IMG/VR virus record: IMGVR_UViG_3300013280_000002
Coordinates: 1 to 58,585 of that record
Reading direction: 5' to 3' (one strand)
Source: a virus
DNA length: 58,585 nt
Shown: piece after piece, positions 23,964 through 32,255 of the stretch
How positions within the stretch are numbered: the first letter of the stretch is position 1
Layout: every line of letters starts with the position of its first letter
Program-made: the position numbers and the translations under genes
Notes under the pieces: model-generated
What the model saw: the letters and a program-made list of their open reading frames with translations, nothing else
What the model was told of the DNA's origin: nothing
The model's database searches: none

Positions 23964-24896
23964 ATGCCTAATGTAATTCTCGCGACGCACACTATCGCAA
24001 AGATTGACGCAATGGTGAAGGCGGATCAAGGGTCTGCCTTCCGTGGGTGGCTCGGAAAGGTGATCGGGCACATCGGTGACGCATACCGCACGGGAAACGA
24101 GGGCCATCGCTCCCACATGGGCGCATCGTTGATCGGCGGTGAGTGTGCTCGCGCGATCTGGTATAACTTCCGCTGGGCAACGAAATCGAACTTCGAGGGT
24201 CGTCTGCTGCGCTTGTTCAATCGGGGGCACCTGGAGGAAGCACGTTTCATCGCAATGCTGCTGATGATCGGTTGCGACATCTACCAGCAAGACGAGAACG
24301 GGAACCAGTTCCGCATCTCTCACGCCGAGGGCCACTTCGGCGGTAGCGGTGACGGTGTCGCTGTGGGGATCCCTGATCTGCCTCCAGGCACTGCTGCGCT
24401 GACAGAGTTCAAGACTCACAACGACAAGTCCTTCACCGAGCTGAAGGCCAAGGGTGTGCGTGACGCCAAGTTCGAGCACTACGTTCAGATGAACGTGTAT
24501 ATGCGCAAGATGGGCATCGCTGTTGCGTTGTACCTTGCAGTAAATAAGAACACCGACGAACTCTACGGCGAGATCATTCCTCTGGATAGCGAGGTGGCAG
24601 ATCAGTTCTTGGACCGCGGGGAGAAGATCGTATGGATGCCCGAGCCCCCGAACAAGTTGAGCGAGTCCCCAGGATTCTTTAAATGCAGATGGTGTGACCA
24701 CAGGCCTGTCTGCCACCTCAAGGCTGCTCCGGATAAGAACTGCCGGACGTGTGCCTACAGCGAACCCGCTGAAGGTGCCAAGTGGATCTGCAACAGGCCT
24801 ATCCAACCTATGGGCGAAGGTGCCAACGAAGTGATCTCCAAAGAAGTGCAGCTGACAGGCTGCAAGGACTACACGCCCCGGAAGGTGTTCGGATGA
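23964..24896 (+). CDS. Cas4-like PD-(D/E)XK exonuclease with Cys cluster
   Basis: GSGDG...TEFKT nuclease core. Cys in GGECARA plus CRWCDHRPVC suggests an Fe-S-type arrangement. AAGGAGG RBS. Confidence 0.75.
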   Translation: MPNVILATHTIAKIDAMVKADQGSAFRGWLGKVIGHIGDAYRTGNEGHRSHMGASLIGGECARAIWYNFRWATKSNFEGRLLRLFNRGHLEEARFIAMLLMIGCDIYQQDENGNQFRISHAEGHFGGSGDGVAVGIPDLPPGTAALTEFKTHNDKSFTELKAKGVRDAKFEHYVQMNVYMRKMGIAVALYLAVNKNTDELYGEIIPLDSEVADQFLDRGEKIVWMPEPPNKLSESPGFFKCRWCDHRPVCHLKAAPDKNCRTCAYSEPAEGAKWICNRPIQPMGEGANEVISKEVQLTGCKDYTPRKVFG

Positions 24897-26668
24897 TCCA
24901 AGCTCGAAGCTATCAAACGGAGGCGGTCAGCGCGATCTATACTTACTTCGGGAATAACACGGGGAACCCTGTCGTCGCTATGCCCACTGGTACGGGTAAG
25001 AGCGTCGTGATCGCGATGTTCCTGGAATCGGTGTTCAAGTATTACCCGAATCAGCGAGTCATGATCCTTACTCACGTCAAGGAGCTGATTCAGCAGAACT
25101 ACGAGAAGCTGATGAGCCTGTGGGCCTTTGCGCCAGCCGGTGTGTATAGCGCAGGGCTTAACAGGCGTGACACGCATGCGCCCATCACCTTTGCTGGTAT
25201 CGGTTCGGTCGCCAAGAAGTGGGCCATGTTCGGCCATGTGGATCTTGTCATCATTGACGAAGCGCACCTCGTAAGCCCCAGCGAAGCGACGATGTACCAG
25301 ACGTTCCTGTCGGGACTCATGAGCATCAACCCGAACTTGAAGGTGATCGGTTTGACTGCTACCCCGTGGAGGCTTGGGCATGGCAAGCTGACCGACCCTG
25401 TGAAGAACGACAAGGGTGAAGAAGTCCCAGGCCTATTCACGGACATCTGTTTCGACATCACAGGCATCGAGGCGTTCAATCGACTCATTGCTGAGGGCTT
25501 CCTTGCGCCGTTGGTGCCCAAGAGCACTGTGACGAAGTTGGAAGTGGATGGCGTTCATATGCGCGGCGGCGAGTTCATAGCGAGCGAGCTGCAAACGGCT
25601 GTCGATAAGATGGACATCACAGTCGCAGCAGTCAAGGAGGCGCTGGAGCTAGGCTGGAACCGGAATCACTGGCTGGTGTTCGCTGCCGGTGTGGAACATG
25701 CTATCCACACCGCTGAGATCATGAACGACATGGGGATCCCGACTGTCGCGATTCACTCCAAGATGGGTGACAAGGAACGCGACAATGCGATCAGGGACTT
25801 CAAGGCTGGGAAGTACCGCGCGGCTGTGAATAACAACGTGCTGACCACAGGGTTCGACTTCCCAGCCATTGACCTGATCCTCTGTCTGAGGCCTACCGCG
25901 TCAGCTGTGCTATGGGTGCAGATGCTTGGCCGTGGTACGCGCCCAAGCCCTTGGACAGGGAAGGAGAATTGCCTGGTGCTCGACTTTGCGAACAACACGC
26001 GCAGGCTCGGGCCGATCAATGACCCTGTGGTTCCTCGTCGTAAGGGTGAGAAGGGAGGCGATGCACCTGTCAAGGAATGCCCGTGCTGCCGCACATGGGT
26101 TCATGCCAGCCTGCGCTGGTGCAATGGCCTGATGCCTGACGGTTCGAACTGCACATACGAATTCAAGTTCCAGACCAAGCTGAAGCAGGGCGCCAGCACA
26201 GCGGAGCTGATCAAGGGTGACATGCCTGTCGTTGAAGTGTTCAAGGTGGATCATATCACCTATATCGAGCACAAGAAGGACGGCAGGCCTCCAATGATGA
26301 AGGCCACCTACTATTGCGGGTATCGGATGTTCGAAGAGTTCGTCTGTGTCGAGCATACGAACTATGCGGGCAAGAAGGCGCGCGACTGGTGGCGTGCGCG
26401 TAGCGACGAGCCTATGCCCAGCACTACAGCGGAAGCGCTGGAGCGGGCTGACAGGGTACGCACGCCAACGCACCTGAGAGTCTGGATCAACAAGAAGTAT
26501 CCGGAAATCCTTGCGACGTGCTTTGATGGCACAGCGTTCGGCACTCAGGAAGCAAGTGACGGCGACGATGGCCCCAGCGTGCAGACGCACCACAGCGCAC
26601 CGCTTGAGGATCAACGGGCAAGCGAACCGACCAGCTATGCGGATCTGGACGATGATATTCCGTTCTAA
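24893..26668 (+). CDS. superfamily 2 DEAH-box DNA helicase with zinc ribbon and SSB-tip-like C-terminus
   Basis: AMPTGTGKS, IIDEAHLV, LTATPWR and QMLGRGTR motifs. Zinc ribbon CPCC...C. Ends ...SYADLDDDIPF. Confidence 0.9.
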   Translation: MIQARSYQTEAVSAIYTYFGNNTGNPVVAMPTGTGKSVVIAMFLESVFKYYPNQRVMILTHVKELIQQNYEKLMSLWAFAPAGVYSAGLNRRDTHAPITFAGIGSVAKKWAMFGHVDLVIIDEAHLVSPSEATMYQTFLSGLMSINPNLKVIGLTATPWRLGHGKLTDPVKNDKGEEVPGLFTDICFDITGIEAFNRLIAEGFLAPLVPKSTVTKLEVDGVHMRGGEFIASELQTAVDKMDITVAAVKEALELGWNRNHWLVFAAGVEHAIHTAEIMNDMGIPTVAIHSKMGDKERDNAIRDFKAGKYRAAVNNNVLTTGFDFPAIDLILCLRPTASAVLWVQMLGRGTRPSPWTGKENCLVLDFANNTRRLGPINDPVVPRRKGEKGGDAPVKECPCCRTWVHASLRWCNGLMPDGSNCTYEFKFQTKLKQGASTAELIKGDMPVVEVFKVDHITYIEHKKDGRPPMMKATYYCGYRMFEEFVCVEHTNYAGKKARDWWRARSDEPMPSTTAEALERADRVRTPTHLRVWINKKYPEILATCFDGTAFGTQEASDGDDGPSVQTHHSAPLEDQRASEPTSYADLDDDIPF

Positions 26669-26726
26669 TCGATTTTTAGATGTCGATAAAAATCTTTTTA
26701 CGGGCAAGCAAGCCTGAAAAAGGGGC

Positions 26727-26754
26727 TTGCATCTTTGTCCAGTTCGTCTATAGT
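26727..26754 (+). promoter_or_regulatory. sigma70-like promoter TTGCAT-16-TATAGT
   Basis: Intergenic region 26669..26820, upstream of paralog A. Confidence 0.5.
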
Positions 26755-26820
26755 ACGATTCATGGATGCAGCGGTGCATCAGACAACGGTCGAAAGACCA
26801 TCTCCCTCTAGGAGCTTAAA

Positions 26821-27336
26821 ATGATCAACTTCAACGAACTGGGCAAAGTGGAACTCCGTCAGGCCTGCAAGGAAGCTGGCATCAAGAACTACGGCAAGAT
26901 GAACAATGACGGCATGCGTGCCGCACTGGAAGCGCACTCCAAGCCTGTGCAAGAACAGGTGGAAGCTGTGGTCACCAAGGTAGTACAGGAAGAAGCACCT
27001 GTCAGCACCCCGAGCGGTCTGGCAACGATGGTTCAACAGATGGGTGCCAACCAGAAGAAGGAAGAGGAGCGCAGCGCTCCCGCCGCTGCCAAGCGCACCA
27101 GCAGCGGCCTGAAGATTGAAAAGGCCCGCGAAGAACGCAACGGCATCAAGAAGCCTTCCGTGGGCGGTCAGTGCCGCGCTGTGTGGGATGCGCTGGATGA
27201 CATGGTGGCAGCGGGCACTCAGCCTACCGCCAAGCACGTGAAGGCGCTGGCTGAAGAGCGCGGCTGGAATGCGAACAATGCGTCCATCGAGTTCTACCAG
27301 TGGCGCAAGTTCAACGGCATCCGCGGCCGTCAGTAA
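26821..27336 (+). CDS. paralog A: SAP/HeH (Rho_N-like) N-terminus plus shared C-terminal W-rich domain
   Basis: LGKVELRQACKEAGIKNYGKMNNDGMRAAL at the N-terminus. C-terminus ...CRAVWDALD...GWNANNASIEFYQWRKFNGIRGR. Confidence 0.75.
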   Translation: MINFNELGKVELRQACKEAGIKNYGKMNNDGMRAALEAHSKPVQEQVEAVVTKVVQEEAPVSTPSGLATMVQQMGANQKKEEERSAPAAAKRTSSGLKIEKAREERNGIKKPSVGGQCRAVWDALDDMVAAGTQPTAKHVKALAEERGWNANNASIEFYQWRKFNGIRGRQ

Positions 27337-27346
27337 TAACAGCAAC

Positions 27347-27364
27347 GAGGGGCGAAAGCCCCTC
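27347..27364 (+). other. GNRA-loop hairpin GAGGGGC-GAAA-GCCCCTC (no T-tract)
   Basis: Perfect 7-bp stem 10 nt after the paralog A stop. Confidence 0.5.
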
Positions 27365-27393
27365 CGGAGGTACTCTTTAGATGCGAGGCGAAG

Positions 27394-28065
27394 ATGTACG
27401 TTAGTCTTGACATGCAGAACATGAGGATCGTTCATAAGCATTCGTCCGTGAATGCTGTGTGCGGTCTGGTCCATATTGAACTCCCCGACGTCGCAGTGAA
27501 TGTCTGTCCGATCGACATGGCAGTCAAGCACAAGACCGACATGGAGATCAAGATGCTTTTCCGATCGTGCTTTCCGGGGCAAACTGACCACATGCCCGTC
27601 GCGGAGATGAAGTCCAAGATCCTCCAGTTTGCGGAAGAGTTCCCTGTTACGGATCTGGACGAGCTTGAAGTCAGGCGCCAGGCAGACAGTATTCGGGACG
27701 GCGACAAGAAGGCCTACAAGTATGTGAAGGGTTCGTTCCGCGCTTCCCGTCCTGCGGAGTTGTTTGCCGACGCTACGGGCGACGCTGTGCGTGCCGGTGC
27801 TACCGTACCGGCCAGCAGTGCTGCGCGGCCTGCGCGGCCCGCTGCCGCCCCGCGCGCTGCAACTGGTGCTCCAAGGGCCAGCGGTGTGCGCGAGAAGATC
27901 TGGGCAGTCGCTGACCGCATGTGGGAGGAAGCTGGAAAGCCAACTGAAAAGAGCACAGTCCTCGCCTTGCGCAAGGATATCATGAGCGCACTGGAGCAGG
28001 ATGGGGTGAAGCGCACCAGCAGCTCCAATGAGCTCGGCAACTGGCAGAAAGCGCGCATCGCGTAA
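27394..28065 (+). CDS. paralog B: unknown N-terminal domain, A/P/R linker, divergent copy of the shared C-terminal domain
   Basis: C-terminus REKIWAVADRMW...GVKRTSSSNELGNWQKARIA aligns with A and C. GAGG RBS. The start is uncertain. Confidence 0.6.
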   Translation: MYVSLDMQNMRIVHKHSSVNAVCGLVHIELPDVAVNVCPIDMAVKHKTDMEIKMLFRSCFPGQTDHMPVAEMKSKILQFAEEFPVTDLDELEVRRQADSIRDGDKKAYKYVKGSFRASRPAELFADATGDAVRAGATVPASSAARPARPAAAPRAATGAPRASGVREKIWAVADRMWEEAGKPTEKSTVLALRKDIMSALEQDGVKRTSSSNELGNWQKARIA

Positions 28066-28083
28066 GATATCCGATTTGCCCTC

Positions 28084-28112
28084 TTGCACTCCTGCTCCTG
28101 GAGTGTTACATT
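28084..28112 (+). promoter_or_regulatory. sigma70-like promoter TTGCAC-17-TACATT
   Basis: Intergenic region, upstream of paralog C. Confidence 0.5.
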
Positions 28113-28161
28113 GCAATCCCGTCCATCAAAGGACTGTATTCACTTTCACTGGAGAAAGACC

Positions 28162-28665
28162 ATGACCGAGAAGACCGCCGAACAGATCGCTGCCGAGCAG
28201 GCCGAAGCCCAGCGCAAGGCTGACGAAAAAGCTGCCGAGAAGGCCCGCAAGGAAGCCGAGAAGGCTGAAGCGAAGGCCAAGCGCGAAGCCGAAGCTGCCG
28301 AGAAGAAGGCCCAGGAAAAGGCCGACCGCGAAGCCAAGAAGGCTGCCGAGAAGGCGGCGAAGGAACAAGCCAAGCTCGATGCCAAGGCTGCCCGCGAAGC
28401 CACCCGCATGCCGGAGCAGAACGGTATCCGCCGTCCGAAGCCCGACACCCTCTGCGGCAAGGCCTGGGGCATCTTCGACAGCGTGTCGCAGAAGAACGGC
28501 GCTCCCGCGTCCATCGGCGAGTCCATGGAACTGGCCAAGGCCGACGGTCTGAACGAAGCCAACGTCCGTGCCGAATACGCCCGCTGGCGCAAGTTCCACG
28601 GCATCACCGGCCGTATCGAGTCCCCGAAGGCCGAAACGACCTCCTCCGGCGCCGAGCAGGCCTAA
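28162..28665 (+). CDS. paralog C: K/A/E-rich helical N-terminus plus shared C-terminal W-rich domain
   Basis: GGAGAAAG RBS. AEKARKEAEKAEAKAKREAEAAEKKAQEK... at the N-terminus. C-terminus CGKAWGIFD...GLNEANVRAEYARWRKFHGITGR. Confidence 0.75.
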   Translation: MTEKTAEQIAAEQAEAQRKADEKAAEKARKEAEKAEAKAKREAEAAEKKAQEKADREAKKAAEKAAKEQAKLDAKAAREATRMPEQNGIRRPKPDTLCGKAWGIFDSVSQKNGAPASIGESMELAKADGLNEANVRAEYARWRKFHGITGRIESPKAETTSSGAEQA

Positions 28666-28710
28666 CCTGCTACAATAAAGCACCCTGGGCATCCGCCCAG
28701 CGGGAAACCT

Positions 28711-28736
28711 GCAAAGGGGCAGAGATGCCCCTTTGC
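28711..28736 (+). other. 10-bp perfect hairpin GCAAAGGGGC-agagat-GCCCCTTTGC (no T-tract)
   Basis: Lies between paralog C and queE. Confidence 0.5.
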
Positions 28737-28755
28737 TATCTACCCCGGAGGTTCC

Positions 28756-29463
28756 ATGAACTTACAACCAATCGAGAAGCGCACCAAGAGCGGTGACGTC
28801 CTGCTGTCCCTACACAGCATCTTTCACACCATCCAGGGCGAAGGCCCTTTCTGCGGAACTCCTTCCGTATTCGTCCGACTCGCAGGGTGCAATCTCCAAT
28901 GCCCCGCATGCGACACCGACTACACCCAAGGCCGGCGCGTTGCAAGCACCCAAGAGATCCTCGCCAAGGTGCAGGAATACCAGTCGAGCGGCCTTGTGGT
29001 CATCACCGGCGGCGAACCATTTCGCCAGGACATCACACGACTCCTCAACGTGCTGACCGATGCGGGCTTCTATGTCCAGATCGAGACTAACGGTACGCTC
29101 GAACCTGTCGAGTACCCTTACAGCACCATGCCCGACATTCGAACGGGCGTCTATGTGGTGTGCAGCCCCAAAGCTGGTAAGGTGCATCCCCGCACCAACG
29201 ACGTTGCCTGCTGCTTCAAATACGTGATCGCACATGACAGCATCCATGAGGATGACGGTCTGCCCTTGCGCGCTCTGGAGCATCAGGCAAGCCCGTATGT
29301 CGCCCGTCCGCCCAAGAACTGGGCGCGTCCGATTTACCTGCAACCGATGGACGCTAAAGACGACAGCATCAACCGACTGAACTTGCAAGCGGCCATCCGC
29401 TCCTGCATGAAGTTCGGTTACATCCTTCAACTACAGATCCACAAGATCATCGAAATGGAGTGA
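28756..29463 (+). CDS. queE: 7-carboxy-7-deazaguanine synthase QueE (radical SAM)
   Basis: FVRLAGCNLQCPACDTDY (C-X3-C-X2-C) and ITGGEP. GGAGG RBS. Confidence 0.88.
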   Translation: MNLQPIEKRTKSGDVLLSLHSIFHTIQGEGPFCGTPSVFVRLAGCNLQCPACDTDYTQGRRVASTQEILAKVQEYQSSGLVVITGGEPFRQDITRLLNVLTDAGFYVQIETNGTLEPVEYPYSTMPDIRTGVYVVCSPKAGKVHPRTNDVACCFKYVIAHDSIHEDDGLPLRALEHQASPYVARPPKNWARPIYLQPMDAKDDSINRLNLQAAIRSCMKFGYILQLQIHKIIEME

Positions 29464-29466
29464 GCT

Positions 29467-30867
29467 ATGTGCGCAATCATTGGCGCCTTGGTGTGGGGCT
29501 TGACCACACCTGAAGCACGGTCACAGGCCAACAGCCTGCTGAACCATATCATTCAGCAGAGCCACGAGCGCGGTCGCGACGGTCGGGGCTTCCTGACGAA
29601 CTACGGTGACGACATCGTTATCGAGAAGAGCACCGACCGCAAGGACGCGAAGGACTGGACGTCTGTCGAGTTCTTCAAGAGCGACGTGTCGTCCGCTACC
29701 TTTATCAGCAACCTGCGAGCCGAGCCGACAACCGAGTACGTCGCTGACAAGTCCCAGGACGATCAGCAACCTTACAGCGCGGGGCACTGGTCTATCGTGC
29801 ATAACGGCACCATCGCCAACGATAAGGCGCTGCGCACGGGCAAGGTGCCCACCCGCATCGACAGCGCGGCGATCGCGGAAGTCCTGGACGCCACCCTCTG
29901 TGACGGTTCCAATGCGTACCGAACCGCTCTGCACTTCATCGAGAGTGTGAAGAAACTCAAGGGCAGCTATGCGATCCTGGCGACCCATAGCGAGCAGAAG
30001 AATCATCTGCTGGTGGCAGCAAACTACCGCCCCATCTGGTTCGTCGTAACCGAAGTCGGCGTCTTCTTTGCAAGCGCGCGCCACTACTTTCCCGACAACA
30101 TGACTCCGCGCATGGTCGATCCATATTCGGTCATGAGTTTCTACTTCAGCGATCATCTTGAGATCCGCGGCGAGTCCCTGTACGACGTGGGCGCTCGTTC
30201 CAAGGCGCTCGTCGTGTGTAGCGGCGGACTGGACAGTGTGGTCGCTGCCACTTACGTCAAGAAGGTGCTGGGCTACGATGTGACGCTGGTGCATTTCAGG
30301 TATGGCAGCCGCGCGGAGGGCCCGGAGGTCTCTGCTATCTGGAAGGTGGCAGGAGCGCTCGGTGTGGGGCTGTGGATCCGCACAATCGACGCCTACGAGC
30401 CGGGCGATTCACCTTTGCTTCAAGCTGACAGCAAGATCGCTGGCGGTGAAGAGGGTGCCGAGTTCGCTCACGAGTGGGTTCCTGCTCGGAATCTGCTCAT
30501 GCTCGCACACGCCACCGCAATGGCAGAAGCGAAAGGGTTTGACACGCTGGTCCTCGGTAACAACCTCGAGGAAGCTGGTGCGTATCCTGACAACGAACCC
30601 GAGTTCATTGCCAAGTTCAACGACCTGCTGCCTTTCGCAGTTGGCGATGGAAAGCGCATGCGAGTCATGATGCCTGTGGGCAACCTGATGAAGCATGAGA
30701 TCGTGGCGCTGGGGCACCGCATTGGCGCACCGCTCGACAAGACCTGGAGCTGCTACCGTGCGGGCGAGCAGCATTGCGGGACGTGCGGTCCGTGCTACAT
30801 GCGACGCACCGCGTTTGACATCAACGGCCTCGAAGAGGTCATTTCTTACAGTAAAGACAAGGAGTAA
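29467..30867 (+). CDS. queC: Gat-QueC fusion: class II glutamine amidotransferase + 7-cyano-7-deazaguanine synthase
   Basis: N-terminal MCAIIG (Ntn Cys). QueC PP-loop CSGGLDS at aa ~251 and zinc site CYRAGEQHCGTCGPCYMR. Confidence 0.88.
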   Translation: MCAIIGALVWGLTTPEARSQANSLLNHIIQQSHERGRDGRGFLTNYGDDIVIEKSTDRKDAKDWTSVEFFKSDVSSATFISNLRAEPTTEYVADKSQDDQQPYSAGHWSIVHNGTIANDKALRTGKVPTRIDSAAIAEVLDATLCDGSNAYRTALHFIESVKKLKGSYAILATHSEQKNHLLVAANYRPIWFVVTEVGVFFASARHYFPDNMTPRMVDPYSVMSFYFSDHLEIRGESLYDVGARSKALVVCSGGLDSVVAATYVKKVLGYDVTLVHFRYGSRAEGPEVSAIWKVAGALGVGLWIRTIDAYEPGDSPLLQADSKIAGGEEGAEFAHEWVPARNLLMLAHATAMAEAKGFDTLVLGNNLEEAGAYPDNEPEFIAKFNDLLPFAVGDGKRMRVMMPVGNLMKHEIVALGHRIGAPLDKTWSCYRAGEQHCGTCGPCYMRRTAFDINGLEEVISYSKDKE

Positions 30868-30871
30868 CCAC

Positions 30872-31294
30872 ATGCCCTGGCAAGCCAAACGATATCACGA
30901 CATCAGCTGCGGACACCGCGTCTTCCAGCACGAGTCGAAGTGCGCGCATCTGCACGGCCACAACTATCGAGTCCATTTCACCTGCGAAGCGGAGGAACTG
31001 GACAACATCGGCCGCGTGATCGATTTCAGCGACATGAAGTCCCGCCTGTGCATGTGGCTGGAAGATCATTGGGATCACAAGACGCTCATCTGGGAGAACG
31101 ACCCGTGGGCCAAGGTGCTGCCCGAAATTGACCCGACGATCGTGATCGTCCCCTTCAACCCTACAGCCGAGAACATTGCTCAACATCTCGTTGAAGTGAT
31201 AGGCCCGCAGCAGCTCGCAGGCACCGGCATCAAGCTCGTACATTGTGACGTCGAAGAGACGCGCAAGTGCTCCGCATCTTTTCACGCTCACTGA
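30872..31294 (+). CDS. queD: 6-carboxytetrahydropterin synthase QueD
   Basis: CGHRVFQHESKCAHLHGHNY and DHKTL. AAGGAG RBS. Confidence 0.88.
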   Translation: MPWQAKRYHDISCGHRVFQHESKCAHLHGHNYRVHFTCEAEELDNIGRVIDFSDMKSRLCMWLEDHWDHKTLIWENDPWAKVLPEIDPTIVIVPFNPTAENIAQHLVEVIGPQQLAGTGIKLVHCDVEETRKCSASFHAH

Positions 31295-31303
31295 GGACAC
31301 ATC

Positions 31304-32197
31304 ATGCAACTGACCCTGAATCATAACGACGTGCAGGCGCTCGCGCAGCGGGCAGCACGGGCCATTTTGGCCTTCGGTGCTACCATTGGCCGCACCCTGC
31401 TGGCTTACCCCGTACCGCGCGGCGGTGTGCCCGTTGCGTACCTGCTGCAAGGGCTCGCAGGGTTCAGCATCACCGACGACCCCGAGAAAGCCGATTTCTT
31501 CATCGATGACCTGATCGACAGCGGCAGCACGATGGAGCACTGGTGCGACCAGTTCCCAGGCAAGCCCTTCTTCGTGCTCATCGACAAGAAGACGGACGAA
31601 GAGTTCAAGGGTCGCTGGATCGTGTTCCCGTGGGAAGGTGACGCCGAGTCCGGCATCGAAGACAACATCCGCCGTCTGCTCCAGTATGTCGGGGATGATC
31701 CTGCCCGAGAAGGTCTGCTCGAGACCCCGCATCGCGTCGCCAAGGCCTGGCGTCACTGGTGCGGCGGTTACGGCAAGGACCCGAAGGGCATCCTGAAGGT
31801 GTTCGAAGACGGTGCGGAGAAACATGACCAGATGGTGACGGTGCGTGACATCCCCATCTACTCCCATTGCGAGCATCACCTCGCGCCGATCTTCGGCACG
31901 GTCACGATCAGCTACATCCCGAACGGTCGTATCGTGGGCCTGAGCAAGCTGTCCCGCCTGGCGGACATGTATGCTCGCCGGTTGCAAGTGCAGGAACGGC
32001 TCACAGACCAGATCGCGGACGCACTGTTCGAGCACCTGGAAGCGAAGGGCGTCGGTGTGGTCATCAAGGCGCGACACATGTGCATGGAGTCCCGTGGCAT
32101 CTGCCAGCAGGGGCACCACACGGTGACGACTGCTCTTCGTGGCGCGATGAAGGATGAACCGGACACCCGTGCCGAGTTTCTTCGGCTTGCCCAGTAA
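31304..32197 (+). CDS. folE: Gpt-like phosphoribosyltransferase domain fused to GTP cyclohydrolase I (FolE)
   Basis: aa 1-~110 carry VPRGGVPVAYLL, FFIDDLIDSGST and WIVFPWEG (type I PRT/XGPRT-like). aa ~115-297 carry the FolE motifs ETPHRVAKAW, SHCEHHLAPI and ARHMCMESRG. Confidence 0.85.
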   Translation: MQLTLNHNDVQALAQRAARAILAFGATIGRTLLAYPVPRGGVPVAYLLQGLAGFSITDDPEKADFFIDDLIDSGSTMEHWCDQFPGKPFFVLIDKKTDEEFKGRWIVFPWEGDAESGIEDNIRRLLQYVGDDPAREGLLETPHRVAKAWRHWCGGYGKDPKGILKVFEDGAEKHDQMVTVRDIPIYSHCEHHLAPIFGTVTISYIPNGRIVGLSKLSRLADMYARRLQVQERLTDQIADALFEHLEAKGVGVVIKARHMCMESRGICQQGHHTVTTALRGAMKDEPDTRAEFLRLAQ

Positions 32198-32215
32198 CAG
32201 CCAGTTCGCTATAAT
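32187..32215 (+). promoter_or_regulatory. possible internal promoter TTGCCC-17-TATAAT at the folE 3' end
   Basis: Perfect -10 hexamer 13 nt after the folE stop. Confidence 0.35.
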
Positions 32216-32241
32216 GTAGGGACGTCTTCGGATGTCCCTAC
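32216..32241 (+). other. UUCG-tetraloop hairpin followed by ATTTT, upstream of dpdA
   Basis: GTAGGGACGTC-TTCG-GATGTCCCTAC: 11 bp including one G-U pair. Confidence 0.5.
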
Positions 32242-32255
32242 ATTTTGGAGGTCTC

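Noticed and set aside
26779-28116. A 445-aa ORF antisense to all three paralog genes. Similar cases are 30839..32263 (474 aa, antisense to queD/folE), 23637..24806, 22871..23926, 45374..46630 and 53544..54641.
   Set aside because: Their Leu/Arg/His/Gly-rich composition is typical of antisense frames in GC-rich DNA. They have no RBS and run across intergenic hairpins and promoters. The sense-strand genes carry clear motifs.
28666-28755. A TACAAT hexamer at 28671 as a queE promoter.
   Set aside because: There is no TTG-type -35 element at the proper spacing. queE is more likely co-transcribed with paralog C through the hairpin.
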